Shown one piece after another: positions 31,811 through 43,181 of a DNA stretch of 64,000 nucleotides. The position numbers and the translations under genes were made by a program. The notes beneath the pieces were generated by a model. The model made no database searches. It was given only the letters and a program-made list of their open reading frames with translations, and was not told where the DNA came from. Origin of the DNA: Cyanophora paradoxa CCMP329 (lineage: Eukaryota; Plantae; Glaucophyta); assembly GCA_004431415.1 (NCBI GenBank), contig QPMI01000097.1, positions 127,409 through 191,408 on the forward strand, given 5' to 3'. Every line of letters begins with the position of its first letter. The stretch's first letter is position 1.

Positions 31811-34744
31811 ATGGAGACCGAGGACACGCCTATGGCGGCCTGTTACGAAGTCTTCAACGAATCCACGACGGGAGGACTGGAGTGGCAGATCAGGCTCGTT
31901 AGCTGATTGAGTTCTTCGCGCGATCGGCGGCACCCCGCTGACCTAGCCCCTGCCTGCAGCATGCTCAACGACGCGGAGCGCAACGCGGCCTACGATACAG
32001 CGCTGCGCGAGGGTGCGTGTAGCGCTAGCGCTTCCGAGCGCCGCGCCGCGCTCAGCCCGTGCCAGCGCTCGCAAGGATGCCGGGGGCGACGGTGCTCGAT
32101 ATCGGTGCGATCCCCAGCGGCCCGCGCCCCCGGCCGCTCCCCAGCCCGACCATCCGCGAGCGTGCAGGCGCTGGGTGCGGGATCCTGTCGATGATGGCTG
32201 CCCGAGCCGGCGCCGGGCGCGTGCTGGGGTGCGAGGTGACGCAGTCGCTGGCGGAGAAGGCGACGGAGATCGTGGCCGGCAACGGGCTCGCGGACCGCGT
32301 GCGCATCGTCAACAAGCACAGCGAGGAGCTCGAAGTCGGTCGGCCCCGCCCGCTCCCGGCCCGCCTCGCGGCGCGGGGCCGAGGCGGGGCGCAGGCCCCG
32401 GGAAGGACCTGGAGGAGCGGGCGCAGGTGCTGGTCGCTGAGATCGTGGACTCCGGGCTGCTGGGGGAGGGCCTCTGGCCGGTGTACCGGGACGCGCGGGC
32501 GCGGCTGCTGGCGCCGGGGGCGGCGTACATCCCGGCGGGGGCCCTCGTGCACGCCGCCCTCGTCGAGTGCCCCGACCTCCGCCGCCGCGTCGACGCCGAC
32601 CCCGCCTCCCGCGCCGCCGGCACGCCTCCGCCCTTCCCCGCGCCCCCGCGCCCCCGCGCCCCCGGTCCCCGGCGGCTGACGGGGGGCGGGCAGGGCTGGA
32701 GCTGGGCGCGCTGAACGCGCTGACGACGGCGCCGCGGAAGCAGTACCTGCGGGGGGCGCTGCTGCCGCACGCGGCCCTCTCGGCGCCCTGCGCCCTCCTC
32801 CGCTTCGACTTCGCCTCCGACGCCCTCCCCGCCCCCGCCGAGGCCGCCCTCACGTGCGCCCCCGCCCCGCCCCGCCCCGCCCCGCCCCCGCCGGCGCAGG
32901 GGCGGTGAGTGCGGGGCGGGTGCAGGGTGGAGCGGGCGGGCCAGGTGGACGGCGTCATGTTCTGGATCGAGCTCGCGATGGGCCCCGGGGGCGCCCCCCG
33001 CCTCTCCCTCGACCCCACCCTCCCCGGCGCCGCCGCCCGCGCGCACTGGTGCCAGGGCTTCCACCCGCTGCCCCGCCCCCTCCCCGTCTCCCCGGGGCAG
33101 CGCCTCCGCCTCCTCGCCCGCGCCTCCGACACCGAGTGCGACACCGGCCGGCACCCCTTCCCCCCGGCGCCCCCTCACGCCCCGCAGGATCAGCTTCGCC
33201 CTCGAGGGGGAGGCCCCGGCGCCCCCGGCCCCGCCCCCGGGGCTCCTGCCCCTCTCGCCCCACTTCTTCCACCGCCTCAGCGACGGCTCCCGCCTCGGCG
33301 CCCTCGCGCGCGCCCTCGCGCGGGCCCTGGCGGCGAGCGGGGCGGCGGCGGGGCGCCCCGGCACCGTGCTCGACCTTGGCGGCAGCTTTGGCGTCCCCGC
33401 CCTCCTCGCCGCCGCCGCCGCCGCCGCGGCCGTGGCGGCGGGCCCGGCGGGCCCGGCGGTGCCGCACGTGTTCACGTGCGAGCCGCAGCCGCAGCGGGCG
33501 GCGGTGGCGGCGGCGCTGGCGGCGGCGAACGGGGGCCGCGTGGCGGTGCTGCCGCACGAGGCCGGGGCGGCGGTGGAGCGGCTGCCGGCGAGCGCCCCGC
33601 CGCTGGCCGTGCTGGTGCGCGACGCGCTGCCGGCGCTGCAGCCGGCGGGGCGGGCCTGAGCGGCTGGGAGGACGTGCTCCTCTGCTGGAGCGCCCTCTAC
33701 GGCGCCCTCGAGGCCGCCTCGGCCGGCGCCTGGACCAACGCCCGCCCCGGGCCCCGCCCCGCCCGCGGCCGCGGCGGCGAGCCCGGCAAGCGGCGGCGGC
33801 GCGAGGCGGCGGCGGGGGAGAGCTCGGGGAGCGAGGAGGACGGGGGGGAGGAGATGGACCTGGGGGAGATGATCGCGCGGGCGTTCGACGCGCAGGCGGC
33901 CGCCCGCGACGCCCTCCGCCTCGTCCCCTGCGGGGCCACCCTCTGGGCCGCCCCCCTCTCCTCCCCCGCCCTCGTCGCCAGGCCCGCCCCGCCCCGGGGC
34001 CCTGCGTCTCCTCTCGCGGCCCTCAGGCCGGGCGGGCAGGTTCCAGCGGATCGAGCGAGGGGCGACGTCGGGCCTCGACGTGACGGCGATGGACGAGGTC
34101 GCCCAGGTGCCCCGGGTCCGGGCCCGGGCGGCGCCCCCGGGCCGGGGTTGAGGGGGCCGGGGGGCAGTGCGGGGTGGCGCAGGAGCTGGACATCCTGGGG
34201 GCGGGGGAGTACGAGCACCTCGCCGCCCCGCAGCCGGCCGCCCGCTTCGACTTCCGCGCCCCCATCGAGCCCTTCCGCTCCTCCCTCGCCTTCCCGCGCG
34301 CCCCGCCGCCCCCCCGCCCGCCCGGCCCCCCCCGCCCCCCTGACGCCGGGCGGCAGCATCGAGCGCCCCGGGACCGTGCACGCCATCCACATGTGGATCG
34401 AGGCGCGCGCCCCGCCCGGCGGGGGCCCGTCCCTGGGCGCCCTGACGGGCCCCGCGGGGGGCGCGGGCGGCAGGTACACGCGGACGAGCAGGAGTCATAC
34501 GCGACGGGGCCCCACGGCCTCGCCTACCGCCAGATCCTCGTCTTCCTCCCCGTGCGCCCCCCGGCCCCGCCCCGCCCCCGCCCCCTCCCGGGCTCCGCCC
34601 CGCCCCCGGGGGGAGATTGAGATGTGACGCTGACGACGGGGGCCGTGTGGGCAGTACTACGAGGGGGTGCAGGCGGGGGGCACGCTCGCGGCGGTCGTGC
34701 AGATGGACGAGAGCCTCTCCCTCTCCGCCGACGTCAAGTACTAG
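31811..34744 (+). CDS. PRMT7: Protein arginine methyltransferase, PRMT7-like, two tandem methyltransferase domains
   Basis: TTGGLEW N-terminus, MLNDAERNAAY, VLDIG|AGCGILSMMAARAGA, VNKHSEEL, double-E loop AEIVDSGLLGEG, AHWCQ; degenerate second domain with VLDLGG. Confidence 0.8.
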
Positions 34745-35048
34745 CCCGGGCCCAGCGGCTCCGGATCTAAATTGAGGACTCCGAGGCTCTTGTGATATCG
34801 ATGCAGCAGTCCGGCAGTCGCTGGATGAAAGAGAGGGTCCGAGGTCAGATCTAGATTCTGAGCTCGAGAGCCCCGGCCATGCCATTATGGCCTGGATTGT
34901 TATCGGTATTTGGTGTTAGATCTACAATCCTGGATCGTCATCGATATCTAGGGTTGTGCCCCGCGCATCATGGTCTCCTCTCTGAACTGGGGCACACTGT
35001 ACGTATACATGTACAATGCACTGGGACAGCTGCAGACGGGGCGCCCCA

Positions 35049-37658
35049 TTAGGCCCGCTCATGATCAGCGCCAATCCGACAGCCTCGTGAACTTGAAATT
35101 GAAGCGAGCCGAGGGGAGGGCGCACTTCGCCTCTTCCTGCACATCCCGCATCCGCAGCTGAGGGCATCCCCCCGTTCCTCTTCCCGGACCGACGACGACA
35201 TTGACCTGCGGGGGCTCTCATGATCAGCGCAGGAGCCTGCCGCCGCGCATGCGCGGGGGCCAGGGGCGTGAGGACCTCGATGTTGTCGGAGGAGCCGTGG
35301 AAGGCGGCGAGGCGGTCTGCCCAGAGGCCCCGGCGGCCCTCCTTCGTGAGCTTCGTCAGCACAGCCTGGTCGACGATTCCCTCGAGGACGATGCGGCGGG
35401 GCGCGGCCGCCACCAGCGCCGCCCCGACCCCCGCGATGTTGCTCGGCTCGCCACCCAGCCCCATCCGGACAGAGATGCGCCGGCGGCCCGCGTGGGCCAG
35501 CGCTGCGAGCGAGTCCGCTGGAAGCGGCGAGTCTGGCGGCGAGAGAAACGCGCGGGTCTTCAGGTGAGCAGGGTGTGCGCGGGGAGGGGGGGGAGGGGGG
35601 GGGGAGGAGGAGGAGGGGGCGGGGGGGGGGGGGGGGGGGGGGGGGCGGCGGGGGATAAAAGTTGCGTGCCCGTGGGGAATGCGGGGTTGATGGACTTGTA
35701 CATGTAGGGCTGGAACCACAGCTGGAGGTCGACGAGAGACGGGCAGCGCTCGAGGGCGCTCGCGAGGCCGGCGAGCTGTTCTCTGCACTCGGAGCTGCTC
35801 CTGCGTGCTCCTCCGGCGAGCTCGTCGGCAAGACGCAGCGGGCCCAGGCTCCGGAGGGCGGGGCAGGAGCCCAGCGCCGCCAGATCCTCCTCGCAAACAG
35901 TCGAGGGGACCTGCGCGGCAGGGCGGTTACGCTGCCGTCGTCCCGACTCTCGAGAGGCGGGGGCCGGGGGAGGACGGGGGCGGAGGGGGAATGGCAGCGG
36001 CGGAAGCGGGAAAGCTTGTTTCGCAACGGAGCGGAGGTGCTGGAGGGCGGTGAGGCGCGGGAGGGCGCGCGCCGCGGAGCTCGAGAGATCCCCTCCGAGG
36101 CCGCGGAGCCGGCGCGAGGGGCCCCAAGTCAGCCGCACGACGAGGCCCACAAGGAACCCCCTTCACGCACTCCTCGAGGGAGAAGGCCGCGGGGCCGGAG
36201 GCGATGCCCTCGATCAGCTCGCAAAGACTGTTGCGGAAAGCAGGGTCTTTCTTTCCGCCATAGGCGCCAAAATCCAGGAACTCTATGGAAGGTAGCGCGC
36301 CCAGGCACGCACCGTCGGCGTGCGTGGGCCAGGCACGGATTCTGAGCTGCTGCGAAGATCGAATTCGAAAACCGATTGCGCGCGCGTGCGAGGGCGGACC
36401 CGCTTGAGATCTAGCGCGCGGACGAATGCGAGGCCTGCGGCGTCGGCATTTTTAGGGAACGTGATATCGAGCTGCGCGGCGGCGCGCCGCATCCCATGGT
36501 CAGGCCCCCCCGGTCGCGCGCTCATGATGGGACGCGCACGCGGGCATGACTGCGAACCTTCTTGAGGCGCGGAGTGCTGCTTGCCAGCGCGGCGGCATCA
36601 GATTCGCGAGGGCTCCAGCAGCCGGGGAGGGAGAGCCTCTCGAGGTTGGGGAAGGGGCGGATGAGCTCCCCGAAGTCGGCGGGGCGGCTGTGGGAGAGCG
36701 CAAGGCTGCGGAGCGCGGGGCAGGCGGCGGCGCCCGGCGGGACGAGGCGGCGCAGCAGGCCCAGGACGCCGCTGTCCCTCTGCGCACTACCGGGAAACGT
36801 GACGTTGACTTCGCTGAGGCCGCCGCTCGCCGCCGTGCACGCCGAGACGAGGGACAGGAAATGGTCCCAGGGGCCGCCCCCCGATGCCGCCGACGTGTCA
36901 GAAGCCCGACAGGTGAGATGCAGCGACGCGCCAGGGGCTATGCGGATCCACGGCCGGGCGGCACCAGCCGCAGGGTCTCCCCGCGTGCTTTGCTGGATAT
37001 GCTCTCCGCGCAGAATGCCCGCGAGCGTGCCGGCACTTCTTGGAGACAAAGAAAAGTTCAGCCGATGCCAAACAATTTCCTCGGCCGCCTCGCGCCACCG
37101 GCGGCAGACCGCGCGCGCAGCTGCCGCGTTCCGCAGGCTGATGCATGTGCGCTTCAGGATGTGCGCAAGCACCTCGTAAGGCAGCTGGCCGAAGGGCGAG
37201 GCTGATTCTCCCGGCCAGGCTCCGCCCGTCTCGGGTTCCACGTGCACCCTCGCGCGCTTTGATCGCCCCACGCCCTCCTCCTTCTCCTGCATAGGGGCAT
37301 TAAGGGCGCGCCGTTTGCAAACAAGGGCGCGCACCGCATCCGCGAGAACCCGGTTGATCGCCGCCATGTACATTTCCTGGGCGCGCGGGGTTCGCGGGGT
37401 CGCGGTCGGAGGAGACGATTGATAGCACCTCGGTGTTGGAAGCGAAGTAGCAGTCACTCTCAAGCCCCTCTGCCGCGTCCTTGAGTCTCTTCGACAGGCT
37501 GCGAGTGCTTCTCTCGAACTCCGGGCGCATCTCGACCAGCTTCGACAGGCTGCGCGCCTGTCAGCGGTGATATCGGCGACAGGCTGCGCTCGCGCTCACA
37601 TCTCGGAGATGACACTTTTTCGCTGCTCGGGCCTGTGCGCATGATGCCACGGCTGCAT
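35049..37658 (-). CDS. KIX-domain F-box/LRR-like protein
   Basis: Spliced N-terminus MQPWHHAHRPEQRKSVISEI|LSKL...LKDAAEGLESDCYFASNTE|EMYMAAINRVL (KIX pattern); F-box FGQLPYEVLAHIL...AVCRRWR; LRR-like CPALRSLAL, FPNLERLSL, CPSLVDLQL. Confidence 0.75.
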
Positions 37659-37782
37659 GCTGGGGACAGAGAGCAAGGGGAGAAGCGCGCTGAGCGAATT
37701 CGAAGGGCGCTTGCGTCGGCGGACGGGTTAGCGAGAGAACCACTGCGTCGAAACTACCCCGTACCCGCCCGCCGAGCTCGCA

Positions 37783-37885
37783 GCTGCTCGCTCGACTCTG
37801 CTCGAGTCTGCTCGACTGCTCGAGTGTTGCTGCTCGACTGCTGCTGCTCGACGCTGCTCGAGCTGCTCGACTAGCTGCTCGTACA
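37783..37885. repeat. Degenerate (CTGCTCGA)n array in a divergent promoter
   Basis: About nine copies of (ct)gctcga in ~100 bp between the F-box and MFS start codons. Confidence 0.8.
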
Positions 37886-37967
37886 GCTCAGTCGCACTCG
37901 CAGCTTCTCCTCTGCGCGCGCGCCTCTCGCGCGTGTCTTGCGCCCCAAACTCTTGCGGCAGCGCGCC

Positions 37968-40275
37968 ATGGAGGCCGCTCCGCAGCAGTGGGACTCCGTC
38001 GACGGCGGAGACCCGCGCTTGGCTCGCAACGTCGGTATCCTCCGCGCCTGCAGGTCCGTGCGCGTGGGCTTGTTCGCGCTCACATTCACTTTGCAACAGA
38101 GCACTCCGGATGGCCATCATCGGGCAGTCGATCCTCGTTATCTACTTCACCAACGTTGTCGGGCTCGACCTCGAGGGCGTCTACTTGGTTAAGACGGTGC
38201 ATCGATTGAAACTTGAAGGGCGCGCGCTCACGAGCTGATTCAAACTGAACTACGTCTACAGATCAACTCTCTCATCGTCATTGTCTCGCAGCTCCCGGCA
38301 GGCTTGCTGTCTGACCGAATCGGGAGGAAGCTCGCGCTGCTCCTGGCGAACGTCGCTCTGCTCTTGGCTTACGCGGTGCGTGGACGGCCAGCCGTTCTCC
38401 CAGGGCGCGCGCCCCTCACCGTTTCCCCAGGCATACGCGCTCGCCACCTCCTTCGTGCATCTCGTGGTCGGGACAACAGTCCTCGGCCTTGGCTTCAGGT
38501 CCGCCTCGCCCCTGCAGCCGTCCCACCTCGCCGCTGCAGCCGTCCCGCCTACGCTCTCAGTTCCGCAGCCTCTGGGCGAGCACAGAGGCGGCCTTCCTGT
38601 ACGAGACGCTACAGGCGATGGGGACCGACGTCGACAAAGACGCCCTGCGGAAGGAGGCATTTGGCGCCCCGCCGCCGGGCCCCCGCCCGTGGGGGGGCTG
38701 ACGCCCCCGGCAGGCCCACACGCTCTCCCTCACGCAGCTGGCCGAGTCTGCGGCGGCGGTCGTCGGGGGCGAGATCGGGGCGCGCGTCGGGCTGCGCCCC
38801 TGCATGATCGCCACATGTGCACCCTTCGCCGTCAACCTCCTCCTCATCCTCCTCCTCGTCGACCCCCGCAAGGCCTCCGTGCGCCCGTCCCTCCTCCGCC
38901 CCTTCCCCGCGCCGCCACCCGCGCGCAGCGGGCCTCGGGACCCCTCCTCCGCCCCGCCCGCATCCCCTTGCGGGAGACCGCGCGCCGCGCCGCGCTGCTG
39001 CTCAGCCCGCGGTGCCCGCCCGCCCCCCTGCGGCCGCCCCGCGGCTCGGGCGCTGCAGTGGCGAGGTGCGAGCGCAGGCGGGACCTGCTGATGCCGTTCC
39101 TCTCCTCCTCCCTCATCAACGCCGGCACCTTCACCGCGCTCTGGGTGCCCCCGCTGCCCCGACCCCGCGCCCCCCCCGCCCGCCCGCCGACGCCCGGCCC
39201 CTCCCTGCCCGCAGCTCCACCAGGTCCTGGTCCGCCGCCCCGTGCTCCCGGCTGTCGGCCCCGCGCCCGCCCCGCTAAGCCGGCGCCCAGTGGCGCCGCG
39301 CCGGGCTCCCCTGCACCTCTTCGGCTGGTGTGCCTCCCGCCCCATCCCCCCCTTCCCCCCCCCTCCCCCCCCCCGCCCCATCCCCCCTTCCCCCTCCCCC
39401 CCCTCCCCCCTCCCCCTCTCTCCCCCCCCTCCCCCCCCTCCCCCCCCCCCCCCCCCCCCCCCCCCCCCGCGTCCTTCCCGAGCAGCCGGCGTGTGCCGCT
39501 GATCGCCCCGCGCCAGGGCCTGGGCCATCCTCAACATTGGCGTCTCGGCAGTGCGCCCCGCAGTCCTGGGCCCTCTGCTCCCGCCCCGCTGACCCCCGGG
39601 GCAGGGCGCGGTGGCGGCCCCGAAGCTGAGGCGGGCGCTGGGGGTGCGCTGGACCCTCTTCCTCGCGGCGGCCCTTTTCGGCGGCACGTTCGCCACCATC
39701 GGCTACATCGGCCCGGCCTGGGGCATCGGTCCGGGCGCCCCCTGCCCCGCCCCGGCCCCTCGAAAGGCCGACGCTCGCGGGGGTGCGCAGTGGCCTCCGG
39801 GGCGGTCCTCTCGACGTCTCGGGGCATCGCGCAGCCGGTCCTCGCGACTCACATAAACCACCGCACCCGTGCGCACCCTTCCCGTGTGCCCCGCCACCCC
39901 CCACGCCGCCCCGTGAGAGGCGCGCCGGCGGCAGAGCGGGGCGACCGGGCGACGATCAACGCGCTCTCTTTCGTGGTGATGCGGGCGGTCTTCTCGGCGG
40001 CCGGCCCCGCCACGGGGAGCATCGCCGCCACACTGGACCTGGAGCGGGCGTGCCTCGCCGCTGGCGCCTCACTTGGCGGCCTCGCCGCGCTCCTCGTCCT
40101 CCTGACGCCGCCTGCCGGGAGCGCCGCCTCCGCCCTCGAGGCGGACGCCCGCTCCGATGAGGAGCGCGAGGCCGACGAGGAGCGCCTCCCGCTCCTCGCC
40201 GCCCTCCGCGGCGCTCCCACCAAGGCCCCGGCCGCCCCAGCCGCCCCGCCCCCCGCCCTGCGCCGAGAGCCTTGA
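37968..40275 (+). CDS. Major facilitator superfamily transporter
   Basis: Motif A QLPAGLLSDRIGRK, GLGFSLWASTEAAFLYETL, DRATINALSFVVMR; many hydrophobic segments. Confidence 0.9.
39338..39470 (+). repeat. Poly-C low-complexity tract in an MFS intron (similar G tract at 35581-35655)
   Basis: Near-pure C runs over ~130 bp. Confidence 0.9.
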
Positions 40276-40745
40276 GCTTCGCATTCTTCGTAGATTATGT
40301 TGAAGCTTGAATGCTTTATGCACATGCTGCTCCCCTCGATCCGAATCCCGCTCGTCCCCGTCCCGAGATACTATAGCTAAGATAACCCGCGCCCGTCAAG
40401 GTGCGCTCTGGAGCCCGCGGCGTTCCTTTTCGTAGGCCGCACAAAAGGAAGGAAACGTCGTGTTTTTGAAAGACTGGAGTGCAGCGACGCTGGCCGCGCT
40501 GTGCACGATAGGCTGGAAACGCACGCAAGGCCAGCCAGCCCGTGGTCGGATACGAGCACCGCGCGGCGAATACGGAAATCGGTAGTATTCGCTGTCTCTT
40601 GGAGGAGTGGGGAGTATCTACTGCCTGCACGAGAAGGGAGTGGGCTGCGGGGCAAGCTAGCTGATGGACGCGGAGCGGATTTGATGGCTAGGCATCCGGA
40701 GCGACCGCTGCAGTTGCGGCGAGACGCGGAGCGTAGCCGACAACT

Positions 40746-41198
40746 TTACTTCCGGCGGAAGACTATCCGGCCCTTGGAGAGGTCGTACGGCGAGACCGCG
40801 ACGGTGACCTTGTCGCCAAGAAGAATCTTGATGCGGAAGCGCCGCAGCTTGCCGGCGAGGTGCGCGTTCACGAGATCGCCGGTGTCGTCCAGCTCTACGA
40901 GGAAGTTGCCACCGGGATAGACCTCCTTGATGGTCCCCTCGAACTCAATCAGGTCCTCGCTGGCCATGCACCGGAGGGCGAGCGGATCGCTCGCCATACG
41001 CGGCAGCGGTGCCGCGCCTACGAACTCCCGAGACCGAAGGTTGGTCGCACCGACGAAAGGGGAGGTGAGGCTAAAGCGGGTCGGGACTGCGCTGCTGCTC
41101 GACGGCGCCGGTGCGACCTCCGGGCAGCATGCTGCGTTCACGGAGCTAATGCGTTGCACGCGAACGAGGGCCGGGGCGGCGGAAACGAAGGCCACCAT
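40746..41198 (-). CDS. infA: Plastid translation initiation factor IF-1, nuclear-encoded with transit peptide, intronless
   Basis: MVAFV...RCMA presequence, then EDLIEFEGTIKEVYPGGNFLVELD...AHLAGKLRRFRIKILLGDKVTVAVSPYDLSKGRIVFR. Confidence 0.96.
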   Translation of the reverse strand: MVAFVSAAPALVRVQRISSVNAACCPEVAPAPSSSSAVPTRFSLTSPFVGATNLRSREFVGAAPLPRMASDPLALRCMASEDLIEFEGTIKEVYPGGNFLVELDDTGDLVNAHLAGKLRRFRIKILLGDKVTVAVSPYDLSKGRIVFRRK

Positions 41199-41252
41199 GG
41201 TCGAGAGGGGTATGCGACACAAGCTGACTCGACGAGCGCGCTCGGCACCGAA

Positions 41253-43003
41253 ATGGCGCACAGCAGCGCCGTAGCCGGTTGCCTCAGGAGATCGATATCC
41301 TTGATCGGTGACTCCAGTGTTCCAGCTCCGGCGCTCGCGCTGAATTTCCCCGCCCGCAGGCTCGGGCTCGGGAGCGCCCCCGGCAGCCCATCGAAGAAGC
41401 CGCAGCACCTCCTCCAGCAAGGACGCTGCCGTTCCGTGCTCGCCTCCACGAGCAAAGCTCCCTCCCCCGCCCTCGAGCTCGGCCTCGGAAACGCGGGGAC
41501 CTCGCCCGAGCGCCGGCGCCGGCTTGTGCAAAACTTCTTTGTATTCTTCTCGGCTCGTCTTGTTTAACGCGCTGCACCGCACGCTTTTGCCGTAGGCCTC
41601 GAATATTCTACTTTTCCTGCGTGTCGTTCCTCGCTGTCCTCCTCTACGCGTTCGAGTGGCGCTCTGGGAGCTCGCTGGAGGGTAGCGCTAGCGAAGACAT
41701 TGGCGCTTCTCTCCGCGAAGCTTCGAGTTTCTGGGGCCCAACCTCGGCGAACATCGACTGGTGTTCGCGATGAAACTGGAAAATGATCTCAATTTCACTC
41801 TCATCGTTCAGGTGCGAAAGGAACTACGTCATTTCCAAGTACTTCATCGCCGAGTTCTGGTGTGCTCCTGTGCTTACGCCTGCGCGTCTCTAGATCTAGT
41901 TGGCGCCTAAGCCCATCGGCAGGAATACCTTGAGCAACTTCGGGTTCTGCATCATAGGGCTGCTCAGCTTTGCGCTCGCTTATCGCGAGGGCTTTGAGGT
42001 GCGGCGCCGCGGCCCGCGCGTCGCATAGACCGGGGGGAGGGACTGCTGACGTCAAGGTGCCCCCGCAGCCGCGTTTCCTGCTCGCGCACCTCCTCATGGT
42101 CACTATTGGGGTCGGCTCTGGCCTCTTCCACATGACGCTGCAGTTCAGGTCCGCGTCTCCCTACACTCGCTGGGCGCCGGGCCGTCCGCCCGCGCGCGCT
42201 GCTAAACTCCCCCGCAGGTACCAGATGCTGGACGAGCTGCCGATGTTCTACGTGCGCCCCGCCGCTGCCGCCGCGCCCCGTGCGCCCCTGCGCACGCGCC
42301 CGGCCGCGTCGACCGCCAGCAGGTCGTGGTGCTGTACCTGTACCTCCTCGAGCGCCCGGCGGCCCACGCCGCGCGCCGCCGCGCCGCCGCCGGCCTCGCC
42401 GTCTACGCCGGTGCGGCCTGCCCCGCGCCCGCCGTCGTCCCGGCCGCCCGGCGAGCTCGCGCAGTCGCGTGGACGGTGGCAGCGATCTGGCTGACGGGCC
42501 GCCATCCCATCGCCTTCCAGCTCCACTTCGTGGGCATGGTGCGCAGCCGGGCGCGGCGGGGAGAGCCGCCGCGGTGCTCCGCCTGGGCTCAGCGGGGCGG
42601 CAGGCGGCGCTGATCGTCCTCCGCGTGCACTCGCGCCTCCCCGCCTGGGACGACGCCGGTGCGGGGCCCCAGACCCGAGCGCGCGCCGCGGGCCGGCGAG
42701 GGGCGGGGCGGGGCAGCGGGGCGGGCGGTGCTGCACCGGGCGATCGGGTCCGGGCTGGCGGGGGTGGCGTGCTGGGCCTGCGACCGCCTCTGCTGCGAGC
42801 GCATCCACGCCACGCTGCCCGTCAACCCGCAGCTGCACGCCTGCTGGCACCTCCTCATGGCCCTCCACCTCGTCCACCTCAACGCCTTCCTCGTCCTCGA
42901 GCTCGCCCGCGCCGACGGCACCCTCGTCTCCATCGCGCACGCCCTCCCCGCCTTCCCCTATGTCCGCATCGCCCCCGCCGCCCGCGCCCCCTCTCCCTGC
43001 TAG
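41253..43003 (+). CDS. ACER3: Alkaline ceramidase (ACER3/phytoceramidase-like, CREST superfamily); start approximate
   Basis: FWGPTSANIDW|CERNY...IAEFW|NTLSN, IGVGSGLFHMTL, QMLDELPM, CWACD..CC, QLHACWH. Confidence 0.93.
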
Positions 43004-43181
43004 CCCCAGAGCCCGCCCGGCTCCACCCCCCTGCATTTGCTTTCCTGCGCCGAATCGAACCTCGCCCACACCCACACCCAGCCGCGCGCCGCGCCCGCGC
43101 GCGCCACCGGCGCCGACGCGCGAGGTGTGTTGCAAAAGACGCTTAGATAGAGACCGGCGGCAAAAACGAGCAGACTCAGGA

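Noticed and set aside
33640-33670. Frame break in the second PRMT7 domain suggesting a pseudogene
   Set aside because: It falls in a G-run and all first-domain catalytic motifs are intact; more likely a homopolymer assembly error or an unrecognised intron
37728-38120. Minus-strand 130-aa ORF as the first exon of the F-box gene
   Set aside because: It overlaps the MFS first exons and the CTGCTCGA repeat; a better start at 37658 yields a coherent KIX-like domain
40860-41582. Extended ORFs upstream of infA on both strands as overlapping genes
   Set aside because: The IF-1 transit peptide plausibly starts at MVAFV (41198); the plus-strand frame is better explained as the ceramidase first exon
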